From: Vulcanimicrobiota bacterium
GTDB taxonomy: Bacteria; Vulcanimicrobiota; Vulcanimicrobiia; Vulcanimicrobiales; Vulcanimicrobiaceae
Direction: 5' to 3'
Length of the DNA stretch: 18,241 bases
Assembly: GCA_003133025.1 (NCBI GenBank)
Contig: PKZK01000033.1
Location: 301-18,541, forward strand
Made by a program: the position numbers and the translations under genes. The notes beneath the pieces are model-generated. The model was not told the DNA's origin. It searched no databases and saw only the letters and a list, made by a program, of their open reading frames with translations. Shown one piece after another: positions 1 through 9,838 of the stretch (position 1 is its first letter; every line of letters starts with the position of its first letter).

Positions 1-1026
1 GGAGAAGCGCGCGTTGAAGATCGTTTCCTCGACGACGTTGGTGCCGTTGCAGGTGCACAGGAAACTGACCATCTGCGGCTGCAGGTCGGTCGGGAAGCCG
101 GGATAGGGCGCCGTCATGATGCCGGTGCCGCCGCCGATCGCGCCGCCGCGCACGCGCAGCCAATCCTTGCCCGTGGTCACCTCGGCGCCGCACTCGCGCA
201 ACGCGTCGATCAGCGCCGTGAGATGCTCGGGGTTGCTGCGTTCGATCGTGACGTCGCCGCGCGTGGCCGCGCCCGCGATGGCCAGCGTGCCCGCTACGAT
301 GCGATCGGGAATGATCTCGTACTCCACGCCGTGCAACGCGTCGACGCCCTCGACCACGATCGTGTCGCTGCCGTGGCCCGCGAGCTTGGCGCCCATGGCG
401 ATCAGGAATTCGGCGAGGTCGACCACCTCGGGCTCCATGGCCACGTTGTTGATCCGCGTCGTGCCCTCGGCGAGCACCGCGGCCAGCATCGCGTTCTTGG
501 TCGCACCGACGCTGGGCATGCGGAAGTCGATCGTGCCGCCGCGCAGCCGGCCGTGACGCGCCGTCGCGATCAGGTAGCCGTGTTCGTTGGAAACGTCGGC
601 CTCGAGCGCGCGGAAGGCCTGTTCGTGCATGTCGGTCGCGCGGGTGCCCAGGATGCAACCGCCGGGCAGCGGCACCTCGGCGCGGCCGAAGCGGCCCAGC
701 AGCGGGCCGACCACGTCGAACGAGGCGGCCAGCTTGCGCACCAAGGTGTACGGCGCCCGCACCGAGTCGACGTTGGACGGATCGATGGTCAGCGTGCCCG
801 GCGCGTCTTGGTGCAAGCGCGCGCCGAGCGCCTCGAGCAGCGAGCACATGACCGAGACGTCGGTGATGCGCGGGACGCGGTGCAGCGTGACCGGCGTGCG
901 CGCCAGGAGCGCGGCGGCCATGATCGGCAGCGCCGCGTTCTTGGAGCCGTGGGTCTCGACGCTGCCTTCCAGACGATGTCCGCCGCGGACGCGCAGCGAC
1001 GTGTCCAGTCTATCCAGGACGTTCAC
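1..1026 (-). CDS. murA: UDP-N-acetylglucosamine 1-carboxyvinyltransferase (3' end beyond left edge of window)
   Basis: Manual translation from GTG at 1026 (overlaps MFS stop, GTGA): MNVLDRLDTSLRVRGGHRLEGSVETHGSKNAALPIMAAALL..., active-site loop LPGGCILGTR (Cys codon 655-657), TAPYPGFPTDLQPQ, ETIFNARF. Not in the ORF track because it runs off the edge. Confidence 0.96.
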   Translation of the reverse strand, partial: MNVLDRLDTSLRVRGGHRLEGSVETHGSKNAALPIMAAALLARTPVTLHRVPRITDVSVMCSLLEALGARLHQDAPGTLTIDPSNVDSVRAPYTLVRKLAASFDVVGPLLGRFGRAEVPLPGGCILGTRATDMHEQAFRALEADVSNEHGYLIATARHGRLRGGTIDFRMPSVGATKNAMLAAVLAEGTTRINNVAMEPEVVDLAEFLIAMGAKLAGHGSDTIVVEGVDALHGVEYEIIPDRIVAGTLAIAGAATRGDVTIERSNPEHLTALIDALRECGAEVTTGKDWLRVRGGAIGGGTGIMTAPYPGFPTDLQPQMVSFLCTCNGTNVVEETIFNARFS

Positions 1027-2225
1027 GCGGCTTCGTTCGAACTCGGACGCGCGCTCTCCGTCCGGCGTTGGGCTGCGAGCCCGAGCAGCAAGGCGACGAA
1101 GCAGAAAAACGCCGAGATGGCGCCCGTCCAGGGCGGTCCGTAGGCAGCCAAGACCGCCGTCGAGAGGGCCGGCATCAACACCCCGGAGACCGCCTCTAGC
1201 GACGACCCGACGCCCAGGACCGTGCCCCGCACTTCGTCGGGCGAGGCGTCGGAGAGCAGGGCCGCCAGGGTCGCATTGGTCACCGAGAGCGAAAACGAAA
1301 ACAGGCCCATAGTCGCCAGCAGCGCGCCCGCGTTGTGCACGTAGGGCACGCTCAAAAAGAAGATGCAGCCCGCCGCGAAGCCCATGTTCGAAGCCGCACG
1401 CACGCCGAAGCGGTCGGTGAGCCGCCCGACGACGGCCAGTTGCATCACCACGCTGAGCACGCCGAAGGCGGCGAAGAAGAAACTCGTCTGCGCGGGTCCG
1501 AAGCCGAGTAAGATCTTCAACACGAGCGCAAACGCGGCGAACCATGCGTAGAGTCCGAGGGAGAACGTCAACTTCTGCACGAGCAGCGGCGAGACGCGCC
1601 GGTCGGCGAGAAAGCGCAAGATGTCGCCGAAGGACGCGGCGCTGCCGGCCTCGCCTTTGGCCGCGACCTTCTCGGGCAGAAAGAAAATCGTCACGAGCAG
1701 CGTGAGCACTTGCAGCGCGGCCGCGAGCAGAAACGGCGTGCGGTATCCGTACGCGGTGAGCAGCGTGCCCCCGGCCAGCGGCCCGAAGACGAGTCCCGAA
1801 CTGAACGCGGCGCCCACGTAAGCGAACGCGCGCGAACGCTGGCCCGGCGGCACGCGATCGGCCACGTAGGCTTGCGTGACGCTGATGTTGCCGCCGGAAA
1901 AACCCTCGACGATGCGCGCCGCGAAGACCCACGGCAGCGTCGGTGCGAAGGCCAGCATCGTCCAGCCGATCGTCGCGCCGACTTGGCTGACGATCAGGAC
2001 CGACTTGCGGCCGATGCGATCGCTGAGATTACCCCAAAGCGGTCCGGCGATGAATTGGCAGAAGGCGAACGTCGCGAACAGGAGGCCGACCACGACGTAC
2101 GGCGCGCCGAAATGCTGCACGTAATAGGGCAGAATCGGAATGAGGATCGAGAAGCCGAGGATGTCGATGAACGTGATGCCGAGGATCGGCAACAGCGTCA
2201 TGAAGAGGGGCGGGCGCGCGGTCAC
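1023..2225 (-). CDS. MFS transporter, DHA1/TetA-like drug:H+ antiporter
   Basis: 400 aa hydrophobic protein; IDILGFSILIPILP, motif A GNLSDRIGRKSVL, ARIVEGFSGG, GRLTDRFG. Confidence 0.9.
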   Translation of the reverse strand: MTARPPLFMTLLPILGITFIDILGFSILIPILPYYVQHFGAPYVVVGLLFATFAFCQFIAGPLWGNLSDRIGRKSVLIVSQVGATIGWTMLAFAPTLPWVFAARIVEGFSGGNISVTQAYVADRVPPGQRSRAFAYVGAAFSSGLVFGPLAGGTLLTAYGYRTPFLLAAALQVLTLLVTIFFLPEKVAAKGEAGSAASFGDILRFLADRRVSPLLVQKLTFSLGLYAWFAAFALVLKILLGFGPAQTSFFFAAFGVLSVVMQLAVVGRLTDRFGVRAASNMGFAAGCIFFLSVPYVHNAGALLATMGLFSFSLSVTNATLAALLSDASPDEVRGTVLGVGSSLEAVSGVLMPALSTAVLAAYGPPWTGAISAFFCFVALLLGLAAQRRTESARPSSNEAA

Positions 2226-3169
2226 ACGCGTTCGCGCTGCGCTTCGGCCTCACGCACCGGGGTGGAGCGGGGCATGCCCAGCGCCGCCAGGATCAGCGGA
2301 TCGCGCACGACTTCGGGCAGGCGCGCCACGGCCAAGCGCAAGCGCGCACCCGCGCCCACGAGATAGCGCGCCTTGGGCCGGCGTGCGTAGAGCGCGCGTT
2401 CGATGGCCGCGGCCACGCGCTCGGGCGCGAGCGCATGGCGTTCGGCGCGTTGCGCCGCGACGATCATGGCGCGCGTCATCGCTTCGTATTGCGCGCGCTC
2501 TTCGGGGGTCATGCGGTCGAGCAGTTGGAGGCTCGCGGCCGACGAGCGCCGCCAGATCGGCGTGCGCACGTCGCCCGGCTCGATGACGGAAACCGATACG
2601 CCGAAGGGGCGCAATTCGAGCCGCAAGGCGTCCGAGGCGGCTTCCAAGGCGAACTTCGAGGCGGAGTAGGCGCCCAGGTACGGCGCCGCCATCTTGCCCG
2701 CGACGGAACTGACGTTGACGATGCGTCCGCCGCTCTCGCGCAAGAGCGGCAAGAAGGCTTGCGTCAGCGCCATCGGCGCGAAGAAGTTGACGTCGAACTG
2801 GCGGCGCAATTCGCTCTGCGGCAAGAGTTCGAGCGGACCCGCGACCGCGATGCCGGCGTTGTTGACCAAGGCGTCGAGCCGGAACTCCCGCAGGCTCTCG
2901 ATGCGCGTGCGCGCGCGCTGCAGCGACGCGTCGTCGGTCACGTCGAGCAGCATCGGCTTGATGCGGCCGGAGTTTTCGCGCAACAGCGCCTCGCCGTCGA
3001 CTTGGCGCCTGATGCCGGCGAAGACGATCGTGCCGCGTCGCGCGAGGCGCACGGCCGTGGCGAAGCCGATGCCGCTCGAGGCGCCGGTGACCAGCACCGC
3101 GGACCGGCGGCGCAGCGACGGGCCGGAGTCGAGCGTCGCCGTGCGTTCGCGACTGCCCGAGGCGATCAC
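2222..3169 (-). CDS. Classical short-chain dehydrogenase/reductase (17beta-HSD/retinol dehydrogenase-like)
   Basis: TGASSGIG, VNNAG, NVSS, YSASK, IEPG motifs. Confidence 0.92.
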   Translation of the reverse strand: MIASGSRERTATLDSGPSLRRRSAVLVTGASSGIGFATAVRLARRGTIVFAGIRRQVDGEALLRENSGRIKPMLLDVTDDASLQRARTRIESLREFRLDALVNNAGIAVAGPLELLPQSELRRQFDVNFFAPMALTQAFLPLLRESGGRIVNVSSVAGKMAAPYLGAYSASKFALEAASDALRLELRPFGVSVSVIEPGDVRTPIWRRSSAASLQLLDRMTPEERAQYEAMTRAMIVAAQRAERHALAPERVAAAIERALYARRPKARYLVGAGARLRLAVARLPEVVRDPLILAALGMPRSTPVREAEAQRERV

Positions 3170-3654
3170 GCCGCCTCACCCGGACGGCAGGGCACGAGCA
3201 CGATGGCGGTGTGCGTCATCACGGCTTCTCCATGCTGATTGAACGTCGAGAGCTTGAAGTGCACGATGCCGTTCTTGCCGCCCGGCCGCGCGCGGGCGGA
3301 GACGGCCTCGGAGGTGACGCGCAACGTGTCGCCGGGAAAGACGGGCTTGAGCCAGCGCAACTCGTCGACGCCCATGCCGATGCCGCCGTGGCGTCCGAAG
3401 ATGCCGCTGTCGACGATCAAGCGCATCGTGATCGCCGCGGTTTGCCAGCCGCTCGCGATCAAGCGTCCGAATTTCGACGCGGCCGCCGCCTCGGGATCGA
3501 CGTGAAACGGTTGCGGATCGTAGTCGCGGGCGAACTCGACGATCTTCGCTTCGTCGAGCGTGAAGCTGCCCGCTTCGAGTACCTCGCCGATGGTCCAATC
3601 TTCGAAATAACGGTCGTCGGCGTGCATGTCACTCGTAGACACCGGCGGCTTCAT
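3166..3654 (-). CDS. MaoC-family (hot-dog fold) dehydratase; alternative start ATG at 3627
   Basis: YFED, FARDYDPQPFHVDPEAA, LIASGWQT, LRWLKPVFPGDTL motifs. Confidence 0.9.
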   Translation of the reverse strand: MKPPVSTSDMHADDRYFEDWTIGEVLEAGSFTLDEAKIVEFARDYDPQPFHVDPEAAAASKFGRLIASGWQTAAITMRLIVDSGIFGRHGGIGMGVDELRWLKPVFPGDTLRVTSEAVSARARPGGKNGIVHFKLSTFNQHGEAVMTHTAIVLVPCRPGEAA

Positions 3655-3721
3655 GCGGGTTGCTCGTGCATTGCCGGAAGGGGTTCGAGGCCGATCGGCA
3701 TTCTGCCCGCAGCCGGCGCGG

Positions 3722-4360
3722 CTATCCCGCCGCGTCCCCCGCGCCGCTGCTGAAGCCGCGCATCAACGTATCGCAGAGTAAATCGGCCAACGCGTCGATG
3801 TCTTCGAACGGAGAGCCGGGACACGACAGACGCAGGCTCACGAGCCCGTGCACGGCGGCCCAGATCACGTGCGCCGCCGCCTCGGGATCGACCGGACGGA
3901 AGATGCCGCGTGCGATCAACGCTTCGACGGTCGCGCGCAAGAACTCGAAGGCGCGCGTGCCCGGTTCGTCGGGATCTTCGAGCGCTTTCGGGCCCATGAC
4001 CGAATCGACGAAGCTCTGCTCTTCCATGAAGATCAGGCGGTACGACTCCGGCTTCTCCATGCCGAACCGCACGTAACTGCGCGCGATGGCGAAGATGCGT
4101 TGGTACGGATCGGCGATCGCTCCGGCCGACGCCATGTAGCCGAGCAGTTCCAGGAAGGCCTCGCGGCAGAGTTGCAACGCGATCTCTTCGCGGCTCGCGA
4201 AGTGCAGGTAGAGCGCGGCCGGCGAGTATTCGATCGCGTCGGCGATCTTGCGCATCGAGAGCCCGCGATAACCTCGCTCGAGCACGATCGTGCGCGCGGC
4301 GGTCAGGATCTGCTCGCGCAGCTCCGCTTTCTGCCGTTCCTTGCGCTCCGCAATGCCCAT
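3722..4360 (-). CDS. TetR/AcrR family transcriptional regulator (WHG-type C-terminal domain)
   Basis: N-terminal HTH LSMRKIADAIEYSPAALYLHFASREE; C-terminal WAAVHGLVSL. Confidence 0.93.
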   Translation of the reverse strand: MGIAERKERQKAELREQILTAARTIVLERGYRGLSMRKIADAIEYSPAALYLHFASREEIALQLCREAFLELLGYMASAGAIADPYQRIFAIARSYVRFGMEKPESYRLIFMEEQSFVDSVMGPKALEDPDEPGTRAFEFLRATVEALIARGIFRPVDPEAAAHVIWAAVHGLVSLRLSCPGSPFEDIDALADLLCDTLMRGFSSGAGDAAG

Positions 4361-4395
4361 GGGCGGAGTCTACTGAACGACGTTCAGAAAGTCAA
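4361..4395 (-). promoter_or_regulatory. Sigma70-type promoter of tetR with operator palindrome in the spacer; probably leaderless
   Basis: Minus strand TTGACT(4395-4390)-17 nt-TAGACT(4372-4367)-6 nt-ATG; perfect inverted repeat CTGAACG-a-CGTTCAG at 4373-4387. Confidence 0.8.
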
Positions 4396-4399
4396 CGCT

Positions 4400-5284
4400 T
4401 TAGGCGATTTGGGCCGCCAGGTACGAACCGCGCTCGAGTTCGTCGACGATCGAGGTCGGGCTCGGGCTCCAGCCCAGTTCGCGCTTGGCGCGCAGGGCCG
4501 AGACTCGCTGGTCGAGTGCGAGGCAGTCGCCGAACGGGCCGAGGATGTCGGCGTCGACGATGGCCGTGCGGCCGTGCGCGCCGGCGCCGCGACTGGCCGA
4601 TTCGGCGATCTCGCGAACGGTGTAGGCGTAGTCGTCGACGGCGTTATACGCTTGTCCCGGCTTGCCGCGTTCGATCACCAGCGACACGAGGCGACCGAGG
4701 TCTTCGCGGCCGATCGCGGCCCAGTGGTTGCGCCCTTCGCCCACGATGGTCGAGGCGCTCCGGGCGCGGGCGGAATGCACGAACATGGCCGGGATGCCGC
4801 CGCCGTCGCCGTAGACGATGCCCGGGCGCACGACGTGGCCGCGGACGCCGATCTTGACCATGTTGAGCGTCATGCGGTCGATGTCGGCGCGCTTGGAAAC
4901 GTATGCGGGGGGCCGGATCTCGGCGTTTTCGTCTGCTATGCCGATCGTGTTGCCGTAGACCCAGGTGCTGCTCAGGTATACGAAGGTGCGTTCGCTGCCG
5001 GCCATGGCCCGCGCGATCGTCCGGACCGCGTCGAGATCCACGGCCGACGAATCGGCGTCGGTTGCTTGCACGCAGTAGACCACGGCGTCGGCGGCCTTGA
5101 CGGCCTCCACCAGGCTCTGCGGTTTGGCGGCGTCGCCCCGCACCACGGCCGTGCCGCGCGCTTGGAGCTTGGCCCGCGCGATGTCGCTACGGGCGGTGCC
5201 CACCGTGCGGTGGCCGCGTGCGGTCATGGCTTCGTCGATGGCGCTGCCCACAAAGCCCGTGGCTCCGATGATCAGCGCGTTCAT
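4400..5284 (-). CDS. NAD-dependent epimerase/dehydratase family protein (atypical SDR)
   Basis: N-terminal IGATGFVG Rossmann motif, FVYLSSTWVYG, VRPGIVYG, ELGWSP. Confidence 0.85.
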   Translation of the reverse strand: MNALIIGATGFVGSAIDEAMTARGHRTVGTARSDIARAKLQARGTAVVRGDAAKPQSLVEAVKAADAVVYCVQATDADSSAVDLDAVRTIARAMAGSERTFVYLSSTWVYGNTIGIADENAEIRPPAYVSKRADIDRMTLNMVKIGVRGHVVRPGIVYGDGGGIPAMFVHSARARSASTIVGEGRNHWAAIGREDLGRLVSLVIERGKPGQAYNAVDDYAYTVREIAESASRGAGAHGRTAIVDADILGPFGDCLALDQRVSALRAKRELGWSPSPTSIVDELERGSYLAAQIA

Positions 5285-5458
5285 GCACTTACTTCCAACA
5301 TGCCTACACCGTGGTATCGGCAGTTCGACTGCCTCTGTGGAGTGATTTAGAACGAATTTCCCCTATTTTTAGTATCGTTATTCTAGTCTCGTGGCATGAG
5401 TATAGGTGCGACTAAGGTCGCTGAAACCGGCCATCGTCCGCTCGGTGTTGGGCCGGGT

Positions 5459-6334
5459 GTGAGCGCGGCTGGACGCGGTCCGGTCGCCGCCGCGATCGCG
5501 ATCGTCTTCGTCTTCCTTTGGGCCTCGGCATACGTGCCGAGCAAGATCGCGTCGATCGAAAGCCCGCCCCTCTGGTTTCTGGCTGCGCGCTTCGGAGCCG
5601 CCGGGTTGGTGCTCGCGGTCATAGCCCTCGCCTTACGGCGCAAGGCCCCGTCGACCGTTCGCGGCTGGCTCGTGGCCGGGGCGCTGGGCATTCTCACCAA
5701 CGCGCTCTATCTCGGCTTGACCTACACCGCGCTGCAACGCATGTCGTCGGGCATGGGCGCGATCATCGCCAGCACCAACCCGCTGGTGTTGGCCTTGCTC
5801 GCGCCGCGCCTGCTCGGCGAACCGCTGACCCGGCTCAAGGTCGTGGGCCTGTTGCTCGGCTTCGGCGGCGTGCTCGCGATCGTGCTCGCGCGCGCGGGCA
5901 CGCGCGGCGCGTTGCCCGGCGACGTCGCGCTGGCTTTTGCGGGCGTGCTCGCCGGCGTCGGCTCGACCTTGCTCTTCAAAAAGTGGGCCGAAGGCGCGGA
6001 TCTCATCGTGGTCAACGCGATCCAGTTGCTCGTCGCGAGCGTCGTGGTGATGCCCGTCGCGCTCTTGCTCTACGGCGTACCGCACGTCGTGCCCACGCGC
6101 GAACTCGTGGCCTCGTTTACCTATCTGGTGCTGGTGGTCAGCGTCGGCGCGTCGCTCCTGTGGTTTTGGCTGCTCTCGCGCGGCGAGGCCAGCCGGGTCA
6201 GCGCCTATTATTATCTCACGCCCGTCTTCGGCCTCGCGCTTTCCGCACTGCTCCTGCACGAGCGCATCGAAGCGCACGATATCGCGGGGCTCGTCGCGAT
6301 CGCGGGCGGCATCGCGCTCGTGCAGCGTTCGTGA
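5459..6334 (+). CDS. EamA/DMT family transporter (in-frame upstream ATG at 5396 is also possible)
   Basis: About 10 TM segments; FLWASAYVPSK, PPLWFLAARF, LLGEPLT, YLTPVFGLALSALLLHE. Confidence 0.9.
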   Translation: MSAAGRGPVAAAIAIVFVFLWASAYVPSKIASIESPPLWFLAARFGAAGLVLAVIALALRRKAPSTVRGWLVAGALGILTNALYLGLTYTALQRMSSGMGAIIASTNPLVLALLAPRLLGEPLTRLKVVGLLLGFGGVLAIVLARAGTRGALPGDVALAFAGVLAGVGSTLLFKKWAEGADLIVVNAIQLLVASVVVMPVALLLYGVPHVVPTRELVASFTYLVLVVSVGASLLWFWLLSRGEASRVSAYYYLTPVFGLALSALLLHERIEAHDIAGLVAIAGGIALVQRS

Positions 6335-7536
6335 CCGAGGCCCGTGCGAGCGGCGCGCGCTACTGGATCTTGGCCCTGGTCACGCTCGCGCAGTCGGGCG
6401 CGTCGATCGTGCAGCAGGGCATCGGTGCGCTCGCGCCGTTCTTCAGCGACGCGTTTTCGGCCAACGCCACGCAGATCGGCTTCATTTTCGGCGCGCTGAC
6501 CTGCGGCGCGGCCCTGACCACGGCGCTCGCCGGCGTCGCCGTGGATGCCTACGGCGAGCGGCGCATGATTTTGTTCAGCGGTTTACTGTTGGGCTTTGCG
6601 TTGATCGCCGCAGCCGCGCTTCCCGCGTATGCGTGGCTCCTGATCTGCATGTGCGTGGCGGGCGTGGGCTACGCGGCCTCCACGCCCGCCGGCGGTCGCG
6701 CGATCCTCTCGTGGTTTGCACGCGACCGCGGTTTCGCGATGGGCGTGCGCCAGATGGGCGTGCCGCTCGGCGGCGTCGTCGGTGCGCTCGTGCTGCCGCC
6801 GATCGCAACGCACGCCGGCTATCGCTGGGCGCTCGTGGCGGGCGGCTTGGTGGCGGGAGGCACGGCGATCGTTGCGGCGCTGTGGTATCGCGACGCGCCC
6901 GGTGAGAAGCCGGGCGTGCGTACCTTGAGCAATGCGTTCGAGGCGTTGCGGGAAGTCGCGCGCGATCCGCGCATCATCTACGTCACCTTGACCTGCATGG
7001 TGTTGATCGTGGCCCAGTCGAGCATGCTGACGTTTTTGCCGCTCACGCTCGTCGCCGACGGCAAGTTGTCGCTGGCGGCGGCATCGGCCGCATTGGCGCT
7101 GGCACAAGTCGGCGCGATGGCCGGCCGGCTCGCCTGGGGCACGCTCAGCGACCGCCTCTTCGGCGGCGACCGCATCGTGCCGTTGATGATCGCGTGCGGC
7201 CTCGCCACGCTTTCCGCCGCGGCGACGGCGGCGCTGCCCGCGGGCGTGCCGTGGCTCGCCTTCGCCGTCGCGCTCGTCCTCGGTTTTGCCGCTGCCGGTT
7301 GGAACGGCTTGTTCTCCGCCGCGCAAGTGGAAATCGGCGGGAAGGATCGCGCGGGCAGCGCGCTCGGCGTGGGTCTCACCGGGCTCTTCGCAACGGGCAT
7401 CGTCGCGCCGCCGCTGTTCGGGGCGGTCGCCGACGCGCACGGGTACACCACGGCCTGGAACGCGCTCGCGCTCTTCTTGCTCATCGGGCTCGTGCCCGCA
7501 TTCTTTGCGCGGCGCGCGATGCTGCGCGCGTGTTGA
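6331..7536 (+). CDS. MFS transporter
   Basis: GTG at 6331 overlaps EamA stop; 3' part of track ORF 5518..7536; GVAVDAYGERR, WFARDRGFAMGVRQMG, GRLAWGTLSDR, PPLFGAVAD. Confidence 0.88.
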   Translation: MTEARASGARYWILALVTLAQSGASIVQQGIGALAPFFSDAFSANATQIGFIFGALTCGAALTTALAGVAVDAYGERRMILFSGLLLGFALIAAAALPAYAWLLICMCVAGVGYAASTPAGGRAILSWFARDRGFAMGVRQMGVPLGGVVGALVLPPIATHAGYRWALVAGGLVAGGTAIVAALWYRDAPGEKPGVRTLSNAFEALREVARDPRIIYVTLTCMVLIVAQSSMLTFLPLTLVADGKLSLAAASAALALAQVGAMAGRLAWGTLSDRLFGGDRIVPLMIACGLATLSAAATAALPAGVPWLAFAVALVLGFAAAGWNGLFSAAQVEIGGKDRAGSALGVGLTGLFATGIVAPPLFGAVADAHGYTTAWNALALFLLIGLVPAFFARRAMLRAC

Positions 7537-8288
7537 CCGCGCTCGTCACCGGCGGCTCGCGCGGCATAGGCGAAGCGGTCGTGCGCGCGTTGCACGCGAC
7601 GGGCGCGAGCGTGTTCGCGACGTATCTGCGCGGCGAAGCGCGCGCGCTCGCGCTCGAAACCGAACTCGGCCGGCGCGTCGCCTTCGCCCGTTGCGATGTA
7701 GCCGATTCCGCGACGTTACCCGCGCTCGTCGACGCGTGCGTAGCGCGCTTCGGGCGACTCGACGTGCTCGTCAACAACGCCGCGATCTTCGCCGAGAACC
7801 CATTCGACGGCGACGACTACGCGCGCTGGCGCGAGGGCTGGTCGCGCACGTTTGCGGTCAACGTCTTCGGCGCGGCCGACCTGACCTGGCTCGCGCTGCG
7901 CGTGATGCGCGCGCAAGCACCGCAGGGCGTCGCGGGCGTGCGCGGACGCATCGTCAACGTGGCCTCGCGCGCGGCCCATCGCGGCGAACTGACCTTCGCC
8001 GACTACGGCGCGAGCAAAGCGGCGTTGGTCAACCTGACGAAATCGCTCGCGCGTTCGTGCGCGCGCGAGGGCATCGTCGCATTCGCGGTAGCGCCCGGTT
8101 TCATACAAACGGAGATGGCCGCGAGCGAACTCGCGGCGCGCCGCGGCGAGATCGAAGGCGAGATACCCGGCCGCAGGGTCGGCGCGCCCGAGGAAGTGGC
8201 GTCGATCGTAGCTTTTCTCGCGTCGGGCGCCGCCGACTACGCGACCGGAACGACGATCGACGTCAACGGCGCTTCGCACGTACGCTGA
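7530..8288 (+). CDS. SDR family NAD(P)-dependent oxidoreductase (FabG-like); start GTG 7530 or TTG 7533
   Basis: [42 protein letters not shown]; overlaps MFS stop. Confidence 0.9.
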   Translation: MLTALVTGGSRGIGEAVVRALHATGASVFATYLRGEARALALETELGRRVAFARCDVADSATLPALVDACVARFGRLDVLVNNAAIFAENPFDGDDYARWREGWSRTFAVNVFGAADLTWLALRVMRAQAPQGVAGVRGRIVNVASRAAHRGELTFADYGASKAALVNLTKSLARSCAREGIVAFAVAPGFIQTEMAASELAARRGEIEGEIPGRRVGAPEEVASIVAFLASGAADYATGTTIDVNGASHVR

Positions 8289-8335
8289 ACGGCGTCAAGG
8301 GACGCCCCGGGCCGTGGCGAATCCCGTCCAGCCTT

Positions 8336-8419
8336 GCCCTGGTGGCGGAATTGGTAGACGCGCTGGTTTCAGGTATCAGTGGCCGCAAGGCTGTAGGGGT
8401 TCGAGTCCCTTCCAGGGCA
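8336..8419 (+). tRNA. tRNA-Leu(CAG), 3' CCA not encoded
   Basis: Acceptor stem GCCCTGG/CCAGGGC plus discriminator A; D arm GGCGGAATTGGTAGACGC; anticodon arm CTGGT-TTCAGGT-ATCAG (CAG at 8370-8372); long variable arm GGCC-GCAA-GGCT; T loop TTCGAGT. Confidence 0.97.
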
Positions 8420-8433
8420 TGACGAATGTCTCG

Positions 8434-8467
8434 ATCGAAAGAGCGCCCGCACGGGCGCTTTTTCGAT
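8434..8467. terminator. Intrinsic terminator, probably bidirectional, between the tRNA and the convergent aldo/keto reductase
   Basis: ATCGAAAGAGCGCCC-GCAC-GGGCGCTTTTTCGAT hairpin with A-rich 5' flank and T-run 3' flank. Confidence 0.85.
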
Positions 8468-8502
8468 GTGTGAGGCGACGGCGGAAGGCGCAACGTGGCG
8501 GG

Positions 8503-9838
<1,336 letters not shown>

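Noticed and set aside
116..1312. Plus-strand ORFs 116..556, 223..1143 and 587..1312
   Set aside because: Antisense shadows of murA and the MFS gene in GC-rich DNA
3848..5350. 500-aa plus-strand ORF
   Set aside because: Antisense to tetR and the epimerase-like gene; no recognisable motifs
5396..5430. ATGAG...hairpin...GAAA, superficially like a hammerhead ribozyme
   Set aside because: No CUGANGA core next to the stem and no consistent three-way junction
5518..6330. N-terminal extension making a 672-aa ORF (apparent fusion)
   Set aside because: Arg-rich off-frame read of the EamA gene; the MFS starts at GTG 6331
7194..7529. N-terminal extension of the SDR ORF
   Set aside because: Off-frame overlap with the MFS gene; the Rossmann motif begins right after 7530
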